A DNA stretch of 64,000 nucleotides from an uncultured Spirochaetota bacterium (GTDB lineage: Bacteria; Spirochaetota; Spirochaetia; SZUA-6; Fen-1364): the NCBI GenBank assembly GCA_963820525.1, contig CAWGAA010000003.1, positions 832,001-896,000 of the forward strand. The letters are read 5' to 3'. Made by a program: the position numbers and the translations under genes. The number at the start of each line of letters is the position of its first letter. Position 1 is the first letter of the stretch. The notes under the pieces were generated by a model. That model was not told the origin of the DNA. It saw only the letters and a list, made by a program, of their open reading frames with translations, and searched no databases. Below, piece by piece: positions 1 through 11,839 of this stretch.

Positions 1-85
1 GAACCGCTATCAGCTCGGCTCTGATGAACACCATTCGAAACTATCGCCGCGCATACTCGCAGGGCACAAACCCCTAATATCTAGT

Positions 86-3000
86 GTGACGATCTCCTTT
101 GCCGAGCTCAATGAACACAGTATCACACCTGACGATATCGAGCCATTCCTCTTGCATCCGCAGATGAAAAAAGACTTACCTCTGCAGCAGATCGGCCTTA
201 GCTATTTGGATCGCTGCCCGTTGATCGTGCATGGCGTGACGCATCTAACAGTTGCGCTCCCCTCAGCGCTATCCATTGCCATGCGAGACTACGTGATCGC
301 GAAAGTTATTGAAGGAGGGCTAGTCAACACCTTTGATAGCGTACTTGCGCAGAACTATTCGAGCCTATTCTTCGACACACCCCTCCTTGGCGGGCCATTA
401 CGAGCGCCAGTCCATTGGAAGAAGTCTGGCGCGCACCAATGGTCGAATTTCTACCTCAGGGTTGATGAGGGCTACTTCATTTCGTTCCACCTCTTCTTGC
501 CATCGGTACAGACGCATCCCAATGGCGGTTTCAAGGGCGTTTATCGAGACGAGGGCGCCCTGACCGAAACGCTGCAAACCTCGATCAATGAGATTCTCAA
601 TCATTTCGAAGGGCGGGTCGATTTCAAAGAAGGGCTCGTTGTTCTGGTCGGCTGCGGCTGGGGTAAAGGCTATGCCACCCAAGCTATTGAACTGGAACAT
701 GAACATTGGCGATTCGAAAGTATGTCTGCGGCTGACCTCGTGCGACTCAGTTGGCTTGGAGATATGAACCCTGCCTACTTCTGGCGCATCCAAGACGGGC
801 TGGAAGCTGTGAGGAAGGCTGGAGTCCAGATCGTCAATCCCAATGGGATTCTGAATCTGATTGGATGGGTGCGCAGCAACGACGGCCACTTCGTGCCACA
901 TGCACAGTTACCGGAGGGCGAGATTTCGCCAGAACGGCCTTTGACGCTATACCCGCCCCTCAACCTTCTGCGGGAAGTGCGCGCTGACTCCGATCGTGGT
1001 TATGACCGCCACTGTGCGATTGATAACACTGGGACTTGCCACAACGTCCAGCATGCCTCGTCGAAGCCGTTCTTCAGCAGTGAAAGTGCTAGGCGCGTTT
1101 ATGCCTCTATGGACGACGTGCGAAACAGGACACTTACGTCAGTGTATGAGGGCAAGCTCAAACTTTGGCTGTCCGTGGCCACACCCAACATTGCTGAAAG
1201 AGATGTCGAGTACGGGCTTTGGGAAATGGCGGGCGAATGGCTGCATCGCATAGGAAATGCTCTTGATGAGCGCGGCGAGACTACAACTGAGACGCATAGT
1301 CTCAGGGTCTATATTGAATTCCGTGACGGCAATCCAACAAAGGAAAAGGGTGAAAAACCGGCTCTCAAAGACCTTTTCCCACTCTGTACAATCGAACCTC
1401 ATAGTGAGCCTAGCGCATGCAAAGCCGTCTTCCAAGCCGGATTTCTGGCTGGCTTTCGCATTGCCGAGAACGTTGCTGAGCGTCTCTTTGTTCGCACGCT
1501 ATCGCGGGCTTACCTGCATCTCCTTGGCGTAGAAGATTGCGACGGCGAGGCCGAGGCTGTTGAGGCCCTCGTTGTGCCCAACGATTTTGCTCGCAGCTTC
1601 CATCTTTTTCAAACGCAGCAATTCATAGATTATATCCGGGATACGCTACCCAAAAAGCTCATTGCCATCGATCCGGTGGATGATGCCGCAACGAGAATAG
1701 GTCTTGGCGGGCGTGTCCTTGAAAAAGGGCAGAGCAACAAGATCGAAGGCAGAGAAGCATGCACGGTTTTTCTTGGTAAGGTCGTCGATACCTTGCTAGC
1801 TGAGATATTCGAGGCTCTCGCCGCGTTCAGCCGGCTTTCAACACTCAAACGCCTTGTGGCCAATTGCGAGAAAGCAAATGCCGAGGAAGACCATTGGAAG
1901 CGGACATCAGCCGCTGTCCCAGGCCTACACGGCAACGAGCCAGATACCACCGATCGCTTTATCAAGCAGCTATCGAAGTTTGCTGGTGCTGCAATCGCAA
2001 GCCGTATCTTAACTGAGATCGCTTTATGCGTCTGTCCGGCTGGGGATGCCATACAGATATCGGATATCGAACTGAGCAAATTGATCGCACGCGCTGCGTT
2101 GGTGGTACGAATTGGTGGTCTATCAGATGCTATCTATTACAACGCACTCCCTCCGGAAGCTCACGATCTCGCCATTAGGCGATGTACTTTTTCGCGATGA
2201 ATTTGGGCACTTGGTGGTTGAACCTATGCTGGCTCGCGTGATTGGGGAAAAACTCATTGCCGACGCACCTTTGCAGAAGAGGAACTATGAAGATCCAGAA
2301 TTCTTACCTCGGCCAAAGAAAAGATTGGTGATGAATTCTGGAACATCTGGAATCTCGAGATGGATTTCAGCATAGATGAAGCCCGAAACATTATTGGCGC
2401 ATTGGAGGATAAAGGTATTGCGGATCACACCGCGATATTCACGATTAAGCAGAGCGAGTACCTATCTCTCGTTTGCTCTGACCAAGTCTCCGGAAATGCA
2501 GCCAGAAGGTTCCTTGATCAGTTTTCGCTTGCTGCGCGGCCACGCTGGAATATGCCGCCTATAGGCTTCAACGCCAAAGACATTTATCCTTGGCGTTTTG
2601 GCCGACGGCTGTCCTTTGTAACGCGCCCAATTCTGAAAGTAGATGATAGCGATGACCCTCTGCTGATCATTGCTCCCGCCTCTCTGAGAAATGGCTTTGC
2701 TTACGTTTTTGATGGTGCTTATAACGGACGGCTTGAGCAAGCATTCTTCCACAGCAAGGAAATGAGGAATACCTGGTGGGGCAAAGCAAGCGAAGGTCAC
2801 ACCTTCAATGCAGAGGTTGCGAAGGAGCTGTCGGAGAAAGGATGGCAAGTTCGCGAGAACGTCGGGATGCCCGAGCTCCTCAATCGCAAGATCGAGCAGG
2901 ACTATGGAGATGTCGATGTGCTTGCGTGGCGGACCGATCGCGAAGAGGTTCTGGTAGTAGAATGTAAAGACCTATCATTGGCACGCAACTATTCGGAGAT

Positions 3001-3247
3001 TGCCGCTCTGCTTTCGGACTATCAAGGTGCTGAATCTGAGGGCGAGCCAGATAAGCTCAGAAGACATCTCAACCGTGTCGAGTTTCTTCAAGACAATTGC
3101 GACCAGCTCCAGCACTTCACCGGAGTTCAGGGACCGCGGATTGTATCCTGTCTAGTTTTCAGCGGCGTTGTCCCTATGCAGTACGCTAAGATCGACGCTC
3201 TAGCAAATACTCATGTCGGCGGGATCCCGAACATTCTGGAACTTTAG
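86..3247 (+). pseudogene. Large hypothetical protein with C-terminal PD-(D/E)XK-like nuclease domain, split by two apparent frameshifts (~2155, ~2320)
   Basis: ORFs 86-2200, 2112-2375 and 2360-3247 overlap in successive frames. The last has GDVDVLAW...VVECK. The gene may start before the window. Confidence 0.6.
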
Positions 3248-3418
3248 TTTGACTACAACGACACCGAGTTCAGTATTGATCAGGCCGGTAACAAAGTAAC
3301 GAAGCGGGGTTGGGCTAGATTTCAGAGACCTTTAAAGCAGTAACAGGGGTTGAACGGTGAACGTCGAAGTACATCAATGTACTTTGACGAGCTTTTAACC
3401 ATGAGAGTCGGGCACTAC

Positions 3419-3551
3419 ACTTAACAGCACGTATACGCTTCGGCGCCCGGTAGGGCGCCTCGGGCTCCGCGGCGCTTCAGCGCGCCGCTACGCCACATGG
3501 CCTTCGGCCTTGTTGGCCTCGGGCCACGTCGTATACGTGCGGCCGTTGAAC
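3419..3551 (+). repeat. attC site (A-type)
   Basis: ACTTAAC...gcacgtatacg/cgtatacgtgc...GTTGAAC with a branched GC-rich interior. Confidence 0.9.
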
Positions 3552-5050
3552 AAAATCGCTCCGCGATGGTTTTCATCGAGCCCTAGTCTCCATTCGCCGC
3601 CCTGAAAGCAAGACAGATGTTTCCCGCTTGTTATACAGCATGAGCTGTATTGAAGCGGCAACGGTTTTTCCAAGACCCAAATTCGAAGTCGCCGATGTTT
3701 TCAGACAAAGCACTCAGTTGCTAAAAGGCATCAGTTATGATCAGTGGAAAGTCGTAAACGCAATCATAAACTGCCGCGGTCCGAAATTGGGCGGCCATAA
3801 ACTTGTTTGCCATGAATGCGGGTATGAACAAATATCCTATAATTCATGCAGGAACCGGCATTGCCCCAAATGCCAGGCGAGCAAGCAGGCGCAATGGGTT
3901 TACGAGCGGACACAAGAGCTTCTACCCATAAAATATTTCCATATCGTCTTCACCGTCCCGGCGGTATTGAATTCCCTTATTCTCCAGAATAAAAGAGTGC
4001 TCTACGACATTCTCTTTCACGCCGCAAACGAGACTCTTCAAGAAGCCGCGGGAAACCCGAAGAATCTCGGCGCTAAGATCGGGTTTATCGCCATTCTCCA
4101 CACCTGGAGCCAAAACCTACTTGACCATCCACATCTGCACTGCATTGTTACCGGAGGGGGATTGAGCCGGGATAAATCCGCATGGATTGAAAGCAGGAAC
4201 AACTTCTTTATCTCGATACACATTCTCAATCGACTGTTCAGAGGTAAATACCTGCATTATTTGAAACAGGCATATGCAGCAAAAGAGTTGAGTTTCTTTG
4301 GTAAGTTACGCAAGACAGCAGAGACAGCCGGGTTTGCAAAGGTGTTGGATGAATGTTATGCGAAAAAATGGATCGTCTACGCCAAAAAGCCGTTTTCCAA
4401 TCCGTTACGTGTACTGAAATATATAGGGCGCTATACGCATCGGGTAGCGATCAGCAACAAACGGATTTTGAATTTCACCGGCGGAAACGTGAGCTTTATC
4501 TGGAAGGACTACAGGGATAGAAACCGAAAAAAGGTAATGACACTTGCCGCCTCCGAGTTCATGAGAAGATTTCTCCTGCATGTGCTGCCGGAAGGATTCA
4601 AGCGTATACGATTTTACGGCCTCTTGAGCAACGGGCACAAAAATGAAAATCTGAAATACATCCGTCGTTTGTTATGCATCGATCTAGAATCCCAACAACA
4701 ATCGTTTGAATCTTTCTCGGAAGCACCTGAGATCATTGAAAAACGATGCCCGCGCTGCAATAGTGCTAATATACAAATCATTGAACTTCCACCGGAAGAG
4801 GCATCTGAAAGTTATTGGAACAGCGCGTAATAAAACCCATAGCGCGGGCGGAGCGACTTCGTTCAACATAGGGTTTACGCTCCGCTCCCTTTGGTCGCTC
4901 CGGGCTCCACCACATGCCCCTCTGGCACAGGGGTTGCAGGTCAAATCTTCTTACGGTCCTCAAAGATGTGTGGTACACTCCTGTCTATGCTTTGCGGGGG
5001 CAACCCCTGTGCCAGCCCTTCGGGACGGGGCATGTCGTAAACCCTTTACG
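3546..5050 (+). mobile_element. IS91-transposase gene cassette, copy 1 (1,505 bp)
   Basis: Bounded by G|TT crossover points; same length and ORF as copies 2 and 3. Confidence 0.88.
3628..4830 (+). CDS. IS91-family (HUH/Y2) rolling-circle transposase
   Basis: Zn motif CHECG...SCRNRHCPKC, HUH motif HPHLH, Y2 motif YIGRY. Confidence 0.93.
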   Translation: MLYSMSCIEAATVFPRPKFEVADVFRQSTQLLKGISYDQWKVVNAIINCRGPKLGGHKLVCHECGYEQISYNSCRNRHCPKCQASKQAQWVYERTQELLPIKYFHIVFTVPAVLNSLILQNKRVLYDILFHAANETLQEAAGNPKNLGAKIGFIAILHTWSQNLLDHPHLHCIVTGGGLSRDKSAWIESRNNFFISIHILNRLFRGKYLHYLKQAYAAKELSFFGKLRKTAETAGFAKVLDECYAKKWIVYAKKPFSNPLRVLKYIGRYTHRVAISNKRILNFTGGNVSFIWKDYRDRNRKKVMTLAASEFMRRFLLHVLPEGFKRIRFYGLLSNGHKNENLKYIRRLLCIDLESQQQSFESFSEAPEIIEKRCPRCNSANIQIIELPPEEASESYWNSA

Positions 5051-5056
5051 TTAAAT
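4861..5056 (+). repeat. attC site (196 bp) of IS91 cassette 1
   Basis: GTTCAAC-ata-gggtttacg...cgtaaaccc-tttac-GTTAAAT. Confidence 0.85.
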
Positions 5057-5490
5057 GACAGCGCAACGGGATTTGGAAGTGCGACCATTTGAAGAATTCA
5101 TTTGGGTAATTAGCCTGATGCGTTATGGTTTTTAGATTTCTTTACTTGTCTTTTCTACGACATCTGCGGCCTTCCTCGCCGCATTTCGGAGTCCTCTTGT
5201 GGGGGTGCGATCACTTTATGAGTAGCTGATCTCTCAACGTGGGAGAACAGGCCGCAGAATCAACGTAGTATTCTAGTATAAATGCCTTCTATATACCTGC
5301 TCTTGAGAGCCGTGGGTTGTTCGTAATTGACTGGCAGAGTATATTCCAAAGGGCGCCGTCATTTAACAGAGCGTATATGCTCCGGCGCCCTGTTCGGGCG
5401 CCTCCGGGCTCCGCGGCGCTGCGGCGCGCCGCTCCGCCACATGGCCCTCGGCCTTGTTGGCCTCGGGCCACGTCGTATACGCTCGGCCCG
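5051..5490 (+). other. ORF-less cassette A (homologous to 16800-17243)
   Basis: Ends GTTAAATGACA.../...CGTCATTTAAC; no ORF shared with its homologue. Confidence 0.8.
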
Positions 5491-5496
5491 TTGAAC
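5361..5496 (+). repeat. attC site (A-type)
   Basis: ATTTAAC...GTTGAAC with the same interior scaffold as 3419. Confidence 0.9.
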
Positions 5497-6995
5497 AAAA
5501 TCGCTCCGCGATGGTTTTCATCGAGCCCTAGTCTCCATTCGCCGCCCTGAAAGCAAGACAGATGTTTCCCGCTTGTTATACAGCATGAGCTGTATTGAAG
5601 CGGCAACGGTTTTTCCAAGACCCAAATTCGAAGTCGCCGATGTTTTCAGACAAAGCACTCAGTTGCTAAAAGGCATCAGTTATGATCAGTGGAAAGTCGT
5701 AAACGCAATCATAAACTGCCGCGGTCCGAAATTGGGCGGCCATAAACTTGTTTGCCATGAATGCGGGTATGAACAAATATCCTATAATTCATGCAGGAAC
5801 CGGCATTGCCCCAAATGCCAGGCGAGCAAGCAGGCGCAATGGGTTTACGAGCGGACACAAGAGCTTCTACCCATAAAATATTTCCATATCGTCTTCACCG
5901 TCCCGGCGGTATTGAATTCCCTTATTCTCCAGAATAAAAGAGTGCTCTACGACATTCTCTTTCACGCCGCAAACGAGACTCTTCAAGAAGCCGCGGGAAA
6001 CCCGAAGAATCTCGGCGCTAAGATCGGGTTTATCGCCATTCTCCACACCTGGAGCCAAAACCTACTTGACCATCCACATCTGCACTGCATTGTTACCGGA
6101 GGGGGATTGAGCCGGGATAAATCCGCATGGATTGAAAGCAGGAACAACTTCTTTATCTCGATACACATTCTCAATCGACTGTTCAGAGGTAAATACCTGC
6201 ATTATTTGAAACAGGCATATGCAGCAAAAGAGTTGAGTTTCTTTGGTAAGTTACGCAAGACAGCAGAGACAGCCGGGTTTGCAAAGGTGTTGGATGAATG
6301 TTATGCGAAAAAATGGATCGTCTACGCCAAAAAGCCGTTTTCCAATCCGTTACGTGTACTGAAATATATAGGGCGCTATACGCATCGGGTAGCGATCAGC
6401 AACAAACGGATTTTGAATTTCACCGGCGGAAACGTGAGCTTTATCTGGAAGGACTACAGGGATAGAAACCGAAAAAAGGTAATGACACTTGCCGCCTCCG
6501 AGTTCATGAGAAGATTTCTCCTGCATGTGCTGCCGGAAGGATTCAAGCGTATACGATTTTACGGCCTCTTGAGCAACGGGCACAAAAATGAAAATCTGAA
6601 ATACATCCGTCGTTTGTTATGCATCGATCTAGAATCCCAACAACAATCGTTTGAATCTTTCTCGGAAGCACCTGAGATCATTGAAAAACGATGCCCGCGC
6701 TGCAATAGTGCTAATATACAAATCATTGAACTTCCACCGGAAGAGGCATCTGAAAGTTATTGGAACAGCGCGTAATAAAACCCATAGCGCGGGCGGAGCG
6801 ACTTCGTTCAACATAGGGTTTACGCTCCGCTCCCTTTGGTCGCTCCGGGCTCCACCACATGCCCCTCTGGCACAGGGGTTGCAGGTCAAATCTTCTTACG
6901 GTCCTCAAAGATGTGTGGTACACTCCTGTCTATGCTTTGCGGGGGCAACCCCTGTGCCAGCCCTTCGGGACGGGGCATGTCGTAAACCCTTTACG
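5491..6995 (+). mobile_element. IS91-transposase gene cassette, copy 2
   Basis: Repeat of 3546-5050 at offset 1,945. Confidence 0.88.
5573..6775 (+). CDS. IS91-family transposase
   Basis: Translation identical to 3628-4830. Confidence 0.93.
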   Translation: MLYSMSCIEAATVFPRPKFEVADVFRQSTQLLKGISYDQWKVVNAIINCRGPKLGGHKLVCHECGYEQISYNSCRNRHCPKCQASKQAQWVYERTQELLPIKYFHIVFTVPAVLNSLILQNKRVLYDILFHAANETLQEAAGNPKNLGAKIGFIAILHTWSQNLLDHPHLHCIVTGGGLSRDKSAWIESRNNFFISIHILNRLFRGKYLHYLKQAYAAKELSFFGKLRKTAETAGFAKVLDECYAKKWIVYAKKPFSNPLRVLKYIGRYTHRVAISNKRILNFTGGNVSFIWKDYRDRNRKKVMTLAASEFMRRFLLHVLPEGFKRIRFYGLLSNGHKNENLKYIRRLLCIDLESQQQSFESFSEAPEIIEKRCPRCNSANIQIIELPPEEASESYWNSA

Positions 6996-7001
6996 TTATA
7001 G
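6806..7001 (+). repeat. attC site of IS91 cassette 2
   Basis: Matches 4861-5050, followed by GTTATAG. Confidence 0.85.
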
Positions 7002-7005
7002 GCCA

Positions 7006-7044
7006 TTGCGCCAAGAGTTTTTGCAGTATAAGGTATTTTTATGC
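7006..7044 (+). promoter_or_regulatory. Cassette-internal promoter + degenerate attI-like site
   Basis: TTGCGC-N15-TATAAG; GTATAAG-GTATT-TTTATGC (the G of GTT is a T). Confidence 0.45.
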
Positions 7045-7292
7045 GTCTATTTTTTGGATGGCTCCCAATGTACAAGGGCCTCCAACGAAAGCCCAGCGAC
7101 ACAGAACTTAACGCGTTCGGTGCTGGTACTCGCGATCCTAGTCGATACTCCGTGATTAAGTGCACAGCTCAGCACGAAACCCATATTATATTGGATAGCA
7201 CTACTTGCCGGGCTGTGTTGCAATCCCCCGTCACCGGGGGGTCGCACTCTCACGAAAAGTAGCGCGCCGTGTAGCTTTCCAAGGAGGGTTCC

Positions 7293-7841
7293 ATGCTTCC
7301 TAATGTCCTTAACAGCACTGGACTCCTTGCATTCACAATCGGGATAGGCTACTCTGTACTCGTTCCCATTTGGCCGCTCTTGCGTATTCCACACTACCTC
7401 TGGCTTAAGATCCTCCATGACAAGAAGATCGACGCTAGATACACATACGCTGATCGTAGAAAGGACTTGCCGTGCATCCTGGGAGTAATAGAGAGAATGC
7501 TCTACCTCCTCTCCATGCTCTACGGCCATCCCGAATTCGTTGCACTATGGCTTGGGCTCAAATCGGCCGGACAGTGGAAATCTTGGTCGAAAGGAGAGAC
7601 CTATCCGATATCTTCGACGAATAAGCAACCTGCAACCGAAACAATCAACGGCAGATCAATCGCCTCCATTTTCTTCATCGGCAGCGGGCTATCTCTCCTG
7701 TTCTCGGCTGGGGGATTCTTGTTGGCAACGGGCTGGGATTGTCAGCGCGTGGACGCCATCACAGTCGCGGCTGGTATACTCATCCTCACATCGCTGATCC
7801 ATCTCTTTCTCTTCGCAAGGTTCAAGCGCTACGATCCATGA
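7293..7841 (+). CDS. Hypothetical membrane protein
   Basis: RBS AGGAGG, several hydrophobic segments, followed by a B-type attC. Confidence 0.75.
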   Translation: MLPNVLNSTGLLAFTIGIGYSVLVPIWPLLRIPHYLWLKILHDKKIDARYTYADRRKDLPCILGVIERMLYLLSMLYGHPEFVALWLGLKSAGQWKSWSKGETYPISSTNKQPATETINGRSIASIFFIGSGLSLLFSAGGFLLATGWDCQRVDAITVAAGILILTSLIHLFLFARFKRYDP

Positions 7842-7846
7842 TGGAC

Positions 7847-7956
7847 GAATAACAAATCGTTGACCGCCGTGCTGCTGTCTATGAGACTCGCCTTAGTCTG
7901 GAAGTCATGAGGATGCAGGGGGCTCTACGGGGCGGCAGCTCAGCTTTATTTTAGGC
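7847..7956 (+). repeat. Degenerate attC (B-type)
   Basis: GAATAAC-aaatc-gttg...ctcagctttat-TTTAGGC. Confidence 0.6.
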
Positions 7957-8331
7957 TCTTCGCGGAATCGAGTGGGTAAAATTCGGGTGATTTTTAGCGG
8001 TTTGTGGTTCTGCATCCGAGAATTATGCGCATGCAACATGAGTTCATCCCAAATTCCCTCGAATTCCCACGGTTTTCTGAGCATTCTTGGTAACGAAATC
8101 TCGCTCGTTTTATTTCATGACACCTAAAATCTACCCACGAACGGCGTTGACTGCCTTTCATATTTGTAACACATTTTTAGGCACGATAACACCACCTAAT
8201 CCTTTACTGAGTAATAAGATACGTCCCATTCTACTACTTTTTTACCCACTCGAGAACACGAAGACCCTTATTTTATATTTTTAAGGGGATCTAAATATAA
8301 TTGAACGATCAATATATAATGGCGCAACGGT

Positions 8332-8349
8332 CTATAATTGGAGTTATAG
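8332..8349 (+). repeat. Collapsed attC (only R''-like and R' boxes remain)
   Basis: CTATAAT-tgga-GTTATAG flanked by the cassette-end motifs ggcgcaacgg / gccattgcgcc. Confidence 0.6.
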
Positions 8350-8366
8350 GCCATTGCGCCAGGCTG

Positions 8367-8385
8367 ACATAATGTAATGTTAGAT
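8367..8385 (+). promoter_or_regulatory. Cassette-internal attI-like site
   Basis: ACATAAT-GTAAT-GTTAGAT; GTTAGATGCCA pairs with TGGCATCTAGC at 9608-9618. Confidence 0.6.
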
Positions 8386-8407
8386 GCCATTAAAGGGAAA
8401 GGGTATA

Positions 8408-9607
8408 ATGAGTCTGCCACACTGGTTGCGTTCCATCGACAACGGCAGGATTGGAGAGGCGCGTACACGTGCTATACTGATCGATCGCTTCTGGATTCTG
8501 GAACGGAGCGTTGATATTGAGGGCGCCGATTTCATCGTCCAGCGCAAGATCTGGGGCCGCAATCTCCTAGACGAAAGGGCTCCACGACTGGGATATGTAC
8601 AGTCTAAGTTCGCCCAGGACGAGGCAACCAGACTGGAGATACATTCCGACTATGTGCTTGATTCCGATAAACAGCCGCGTGACGAATTCTTCCTATTTGT
8701 ACATACTGGAGTGCCTGGTTCTGAGACGATCTACTTTTTTGCCGCTCGAGACATCATTCAAACATTTCACAAGGGTGCCGACTGCTTCATGGTGTCAATG
8801 GGAGATGTGAAAAAGCTGCCCGATTCTCAAGTCCATTCCACAGACTACGTGCTGTCGGTCATCGAGCACGCCCTGACTCAGGCAGATTTCCGGAAGAATC
8901 GCCTTTTCTATCACTACTTGAGGCTTGATGATACAATTGACACTCCAATTGACCACGATTTCACACTTCCACTAAGCAACTATTGGGGCGATGTCGTGCA
9001 TGGCATCCAGGAGATAAAGTTAAGAACCAACACACTAATTCATGACCTTGAACACGATATTGCGAAGCTCAAGGTGGCTTTAGGGACTTCTGACCCAGTT
9101 CAGTTTATGGAGACTTTTGAATTCGAGCATTTCTACGTCCTTGAAGACTTCTTCTATCGAAACAGCAAATACTTCGATAGCGAATTCTATAATGTATTGG
9201 TCAATCACAAGAAGAGAGTCAAATTACTCAGGGGGCGCGGCCTGTTGCAACAGTTCATTCTATTAAAATCGCACGTGGCTCGAGAAGTGGAGGCTAGAAT
9301 AGGAAAACACAAGGAGGAGGTCGAAGAGTATTTTTGTGTTGAGTTCAGATTACGGACAAGCGATCTATCAATTCTCGAAGTTAAGGACTATGGCGCTAAG
9401 CGCGAGAAAGTAGTTCCCCCCAAGCCCAGCGGCGTCCAGGAGTTTTATGGGGTGATCAACACAGACGACACCTACACCTTGTACGTTCGAGGTATGGATG
9501 TATTCTCGGGTGACGATGTAGCCAAGCGAGCACTCAGCTACTTAACCGACAAGTTTGATGAGGTGCTTCTTGAGCAACTATTCGGAGAAGCTGAACTCTA
9601 TGGCTGA
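8408..9607 (+). CDS. Putative PD-(D/E)XK nuclease (DUF4365-like N-terminus)
   Basis: GRIGE...DIEGADF...YVQSKF pattern; start 8384 or 8408. Confidence 0.6.
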   Translation: MSLPHWLRSIDNGRIGEARTRAILIDRFWILERSVDIEGADFIVQRKIWGRNLLDERAPRLGYVQSKFAQDEATRLEIHSDYVLDSDKQPRDEFFLFVHTGVPGSETIYFFAARDIIQTFHKGADCFMVSMGDVKKLPDSQVHSTDYVLSVIEHALTQADFRKNRLFYHYLRLDDTIDTPIDHDFTLPLSNYWGDVVHGIQEIKLRTNTLIHDLEHDIAKLKVALGTSDPVQFMETFEFEHFYVLEDFFYRNSKYFDSEFYNVLVNHKKRVKLLRGRGLLQQFILLKSHVAREVEARIGKHKEEVEEYFCVEFRLRTSDLSILEVKDYGAKREKVVPPKPSGVQEFYGVINTDDTYTLYVRGMDVFSGDDVAKRALSYLTDKFDEVLLEQLFGEAELYG

Positions 9608-9611
9608 TGGC

Positions 9612-9727
9612 ATCTAGCAAATCGTTAAAGTTATCCGTCTGAGAGCCTCTTGGAACTGTCTTTTTTTTCCGCAGAACTGTAAGTACATGGCTTCCGGTGG
9701 GGCGCCAACTCAACTCTATGGTTATAG
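9612..9727 (+). repeat. attC (B-type; R'' reads AGC instead of AAC)
   Basis: ATCTAGC-aaatc-gtta...ctcaactctatg-GTTATAG. Confidence 0.7.
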
Positions 9728-9836
9728 CGCTTCAGTTCTGGGTCGCGACCGATCCAACCCGTTGCCTCGAAAGCGTCCTGATAACCTGCCTTGAAATGTG
9801 CCTTATCTTCTTGTACCCTGGTCTTGGAGTCCAATA

Positions 9837-10922
9837 ATGACGACAACGCTGGCTGAAAGAATCCTATCCAGTGGCGCTTCTTCCGAGACGTTCTCCGAGG
9901 CGCTTTCGAAACAAGATCTATCCCCGGTATTTGTATGCGGGGACGCTCTGGAAACACTCCGGAAGTTTCCTTCTGAGTCTATTGACTCCTGCCTTACAAG
10001 TCCTCCGTATTGGGGAAAACGCGAGTACGACTCAGGTGGCATTGGCCTCGAACCTACTCACAAACTATATATCGACCATTTGGCTGAAGTGTTCTCGGAG
10101 CTACGGCGCGTCCTTAAATTGACCGGTTCCTTCTGGCTTAATATTGGTGACTCCTACCAAAACAAAGCGCTTCTCGGCATTCCTTGGAGGCTTGCTCTAC
10201 GGTTGGTTGACACTCAAGGCTGGGTACTTCGTAACAGCGTAATATGGAACAAAGTGAAGGGCGGGCCGGACAATACCGGCGACAGACTTAGAAACATACA
10301 TGAGGATCTTTTTCATTTCGTTAAGTCCGCGAAAGACTACTACTATGATTCAGCCTCAATCCGGACAAATCCGCACCAAGCCAAGGTAGTAAACGGCGCC
10401 ATCGTATCAGCAACTGGTGTAACAGGCGTCAGGTACCGAAGGCAGATTGAGCTTTCGACCTCGCTGACTGAGTCCGAGAAGGAGACAGCGCTGTCTGAAT
10501 TAGAGAAGATGCTCGATAGAATTAGGAACAAAGAAATTGCCGACTTTCGGATGATCATCCGCGGGCAGCAGAGAACAACTCACTCGGATTCCACTAGGGT
10601 ATCGGGACGAGCAAAGGAGCTTGCCACAAAAGGGTTCTACTTCCTCATTTATCATCCGGACGGCAGCAAACCAAGTGACGTCTGGGAGATTATCCCGGAG
10701 GACACGCAGAAGCGTGAAGCCCATTTTGCTCCTTATCCGGAAGACCTTTGTCGAATTCCGATCCTCTCGACTTGCCCTCCCGGTGGTGTGGTAATCGATC
10801 CCTTCGTTGGTACTGGAACAACCACTTTGGTAGCATTCAAGTTGCAGAGAAGGTCCATTGGAATCGATATCTCCGAAGCATATCTCAGGCACGCCAGCGA
10901 AAGGTGTAACCTGCTGCTATGA
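9837..10922 (+). CDS. DNA methyltransferase, beta-class N4-C/N6-A
   Basis: TSPPY motif IV precedes DPFVGTGTT motif I. Confidence 0.9.
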   Translation: MTTTLAERILSSGASSETFSEALSKQDLSPVFVCGDALETLRKFPSESIDSCLTSPPYWGKREYDSGGIGLEPTHKLYIDHLAEVFSELRRVLKLTGSFWLNIGDSYQNKALLGIPWRLALRLVDTQGWVLRNSVIWNKVKGGPDNTGDRLRNIHEDLFHFVKSAKDYYYDSASIRTNPHQAKVVNGAIVSATGVTGVRYRRQIELSTSLTESEKETALSELEKMLDRIRNKEIADFRMIIRGQQRTTHSDSTRVSGRAKELATKGFYFLIYHPDGSKPSDVWEIIPEDTQKREAHFAPYPEDLCRIPILSTCPPGGVVIDPFVGTGTTTLVAFKLQRRSIGIDISEAYLRHASERCNLLL

Positions 10923-11768
10923 GCCGAATATCGGAACTATTCGCCCATTCCACCATGAGCACGGGAATAGAGTGGAAGGACGTGGTTGAAAAACAGTACT
11001 GTCCCTATCTGAACAGGAAATGCCTGAAGATACGAAAAAGCGATCCTGATGTCTCAATCGGAACTTGCAGCGTTCTTTATGGCGATCCGAAAGGCATCGT
11101 CTTAATATGCCCATTTCGGCTACTCGAACGTAAGCAGATATTCTTCGACGCCTTGCATCTTCTAACTCATCACGAACCGGGCAACGAATTGCATGTGGTC
11201 CCTGAGATCAGTCTTCCCGGGGGCAGCGTCGACTACTTCCTGGTTTCGGCAAACGCTGACTACATCAGGGACTTTGTTGGAATTGAACTGCAGAGCAATG
11301 GACACAACTGGCACGGTGTGGCCCGAGCGTCAGCGATTCCTCAAGGAGTCCAGCGTTTCGGTCTTGAAATCAGAAACATCCTCGGAAAAAGGCTTCGGAA
11401 TCAACTGGAAGATGACCGCAAAAACAACACTGATTCAGCTTCTCCACAAGATCCAGACATTCCAGAAACTAAATCGGCACCTCGCTCTCGTGATTCAAGA
11501 CACCTTTCTTGCCTATCTTCGAGATCAGTTCAGGTTCGACCACATAAAGAAAGTCAGCATAGGTGATCCCATGCACTTTCACGCCTACAAAGTGAACCTC
11601 AGAAAGCGACGATACAGAATCGAGCTCAGCGAAAGAGTAAGTACCAACTCAGACGGAATTGAAACATGCCTCGGTCTGCAGGCAGACACTAATGTTGAAC
11701 TCGTGAGTATCGAAGAACAGATACGGAAGAAGATGTCTGACAGGACACTTCTGATACTCGAATCCTAG
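10919..11768 (+). pseudogene. NotI-family restriction endonuclease, frameshifted near 11294
   Basis: CPY...C.K...GTC...ICPFR Cys cluster. Removing one base joins GIELQ to AMDTTG. Overlaps the MTase stop (ATGA). Confidence 0.78.
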
Positions 11769-11839
11769 TAGAACGTGGGTGCTCCCAAATGAGGCGCTAT
11801 AACATGTGGTTAGATTTGATATCGTGTGGCCGCAACGGC

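Noticed and set aside
5051..5367. Retron msr/msd interpretation of the non-coding cassettes
   Set aside because: No reverse transcriptase in the window; an inverted repeat alone is insufficient
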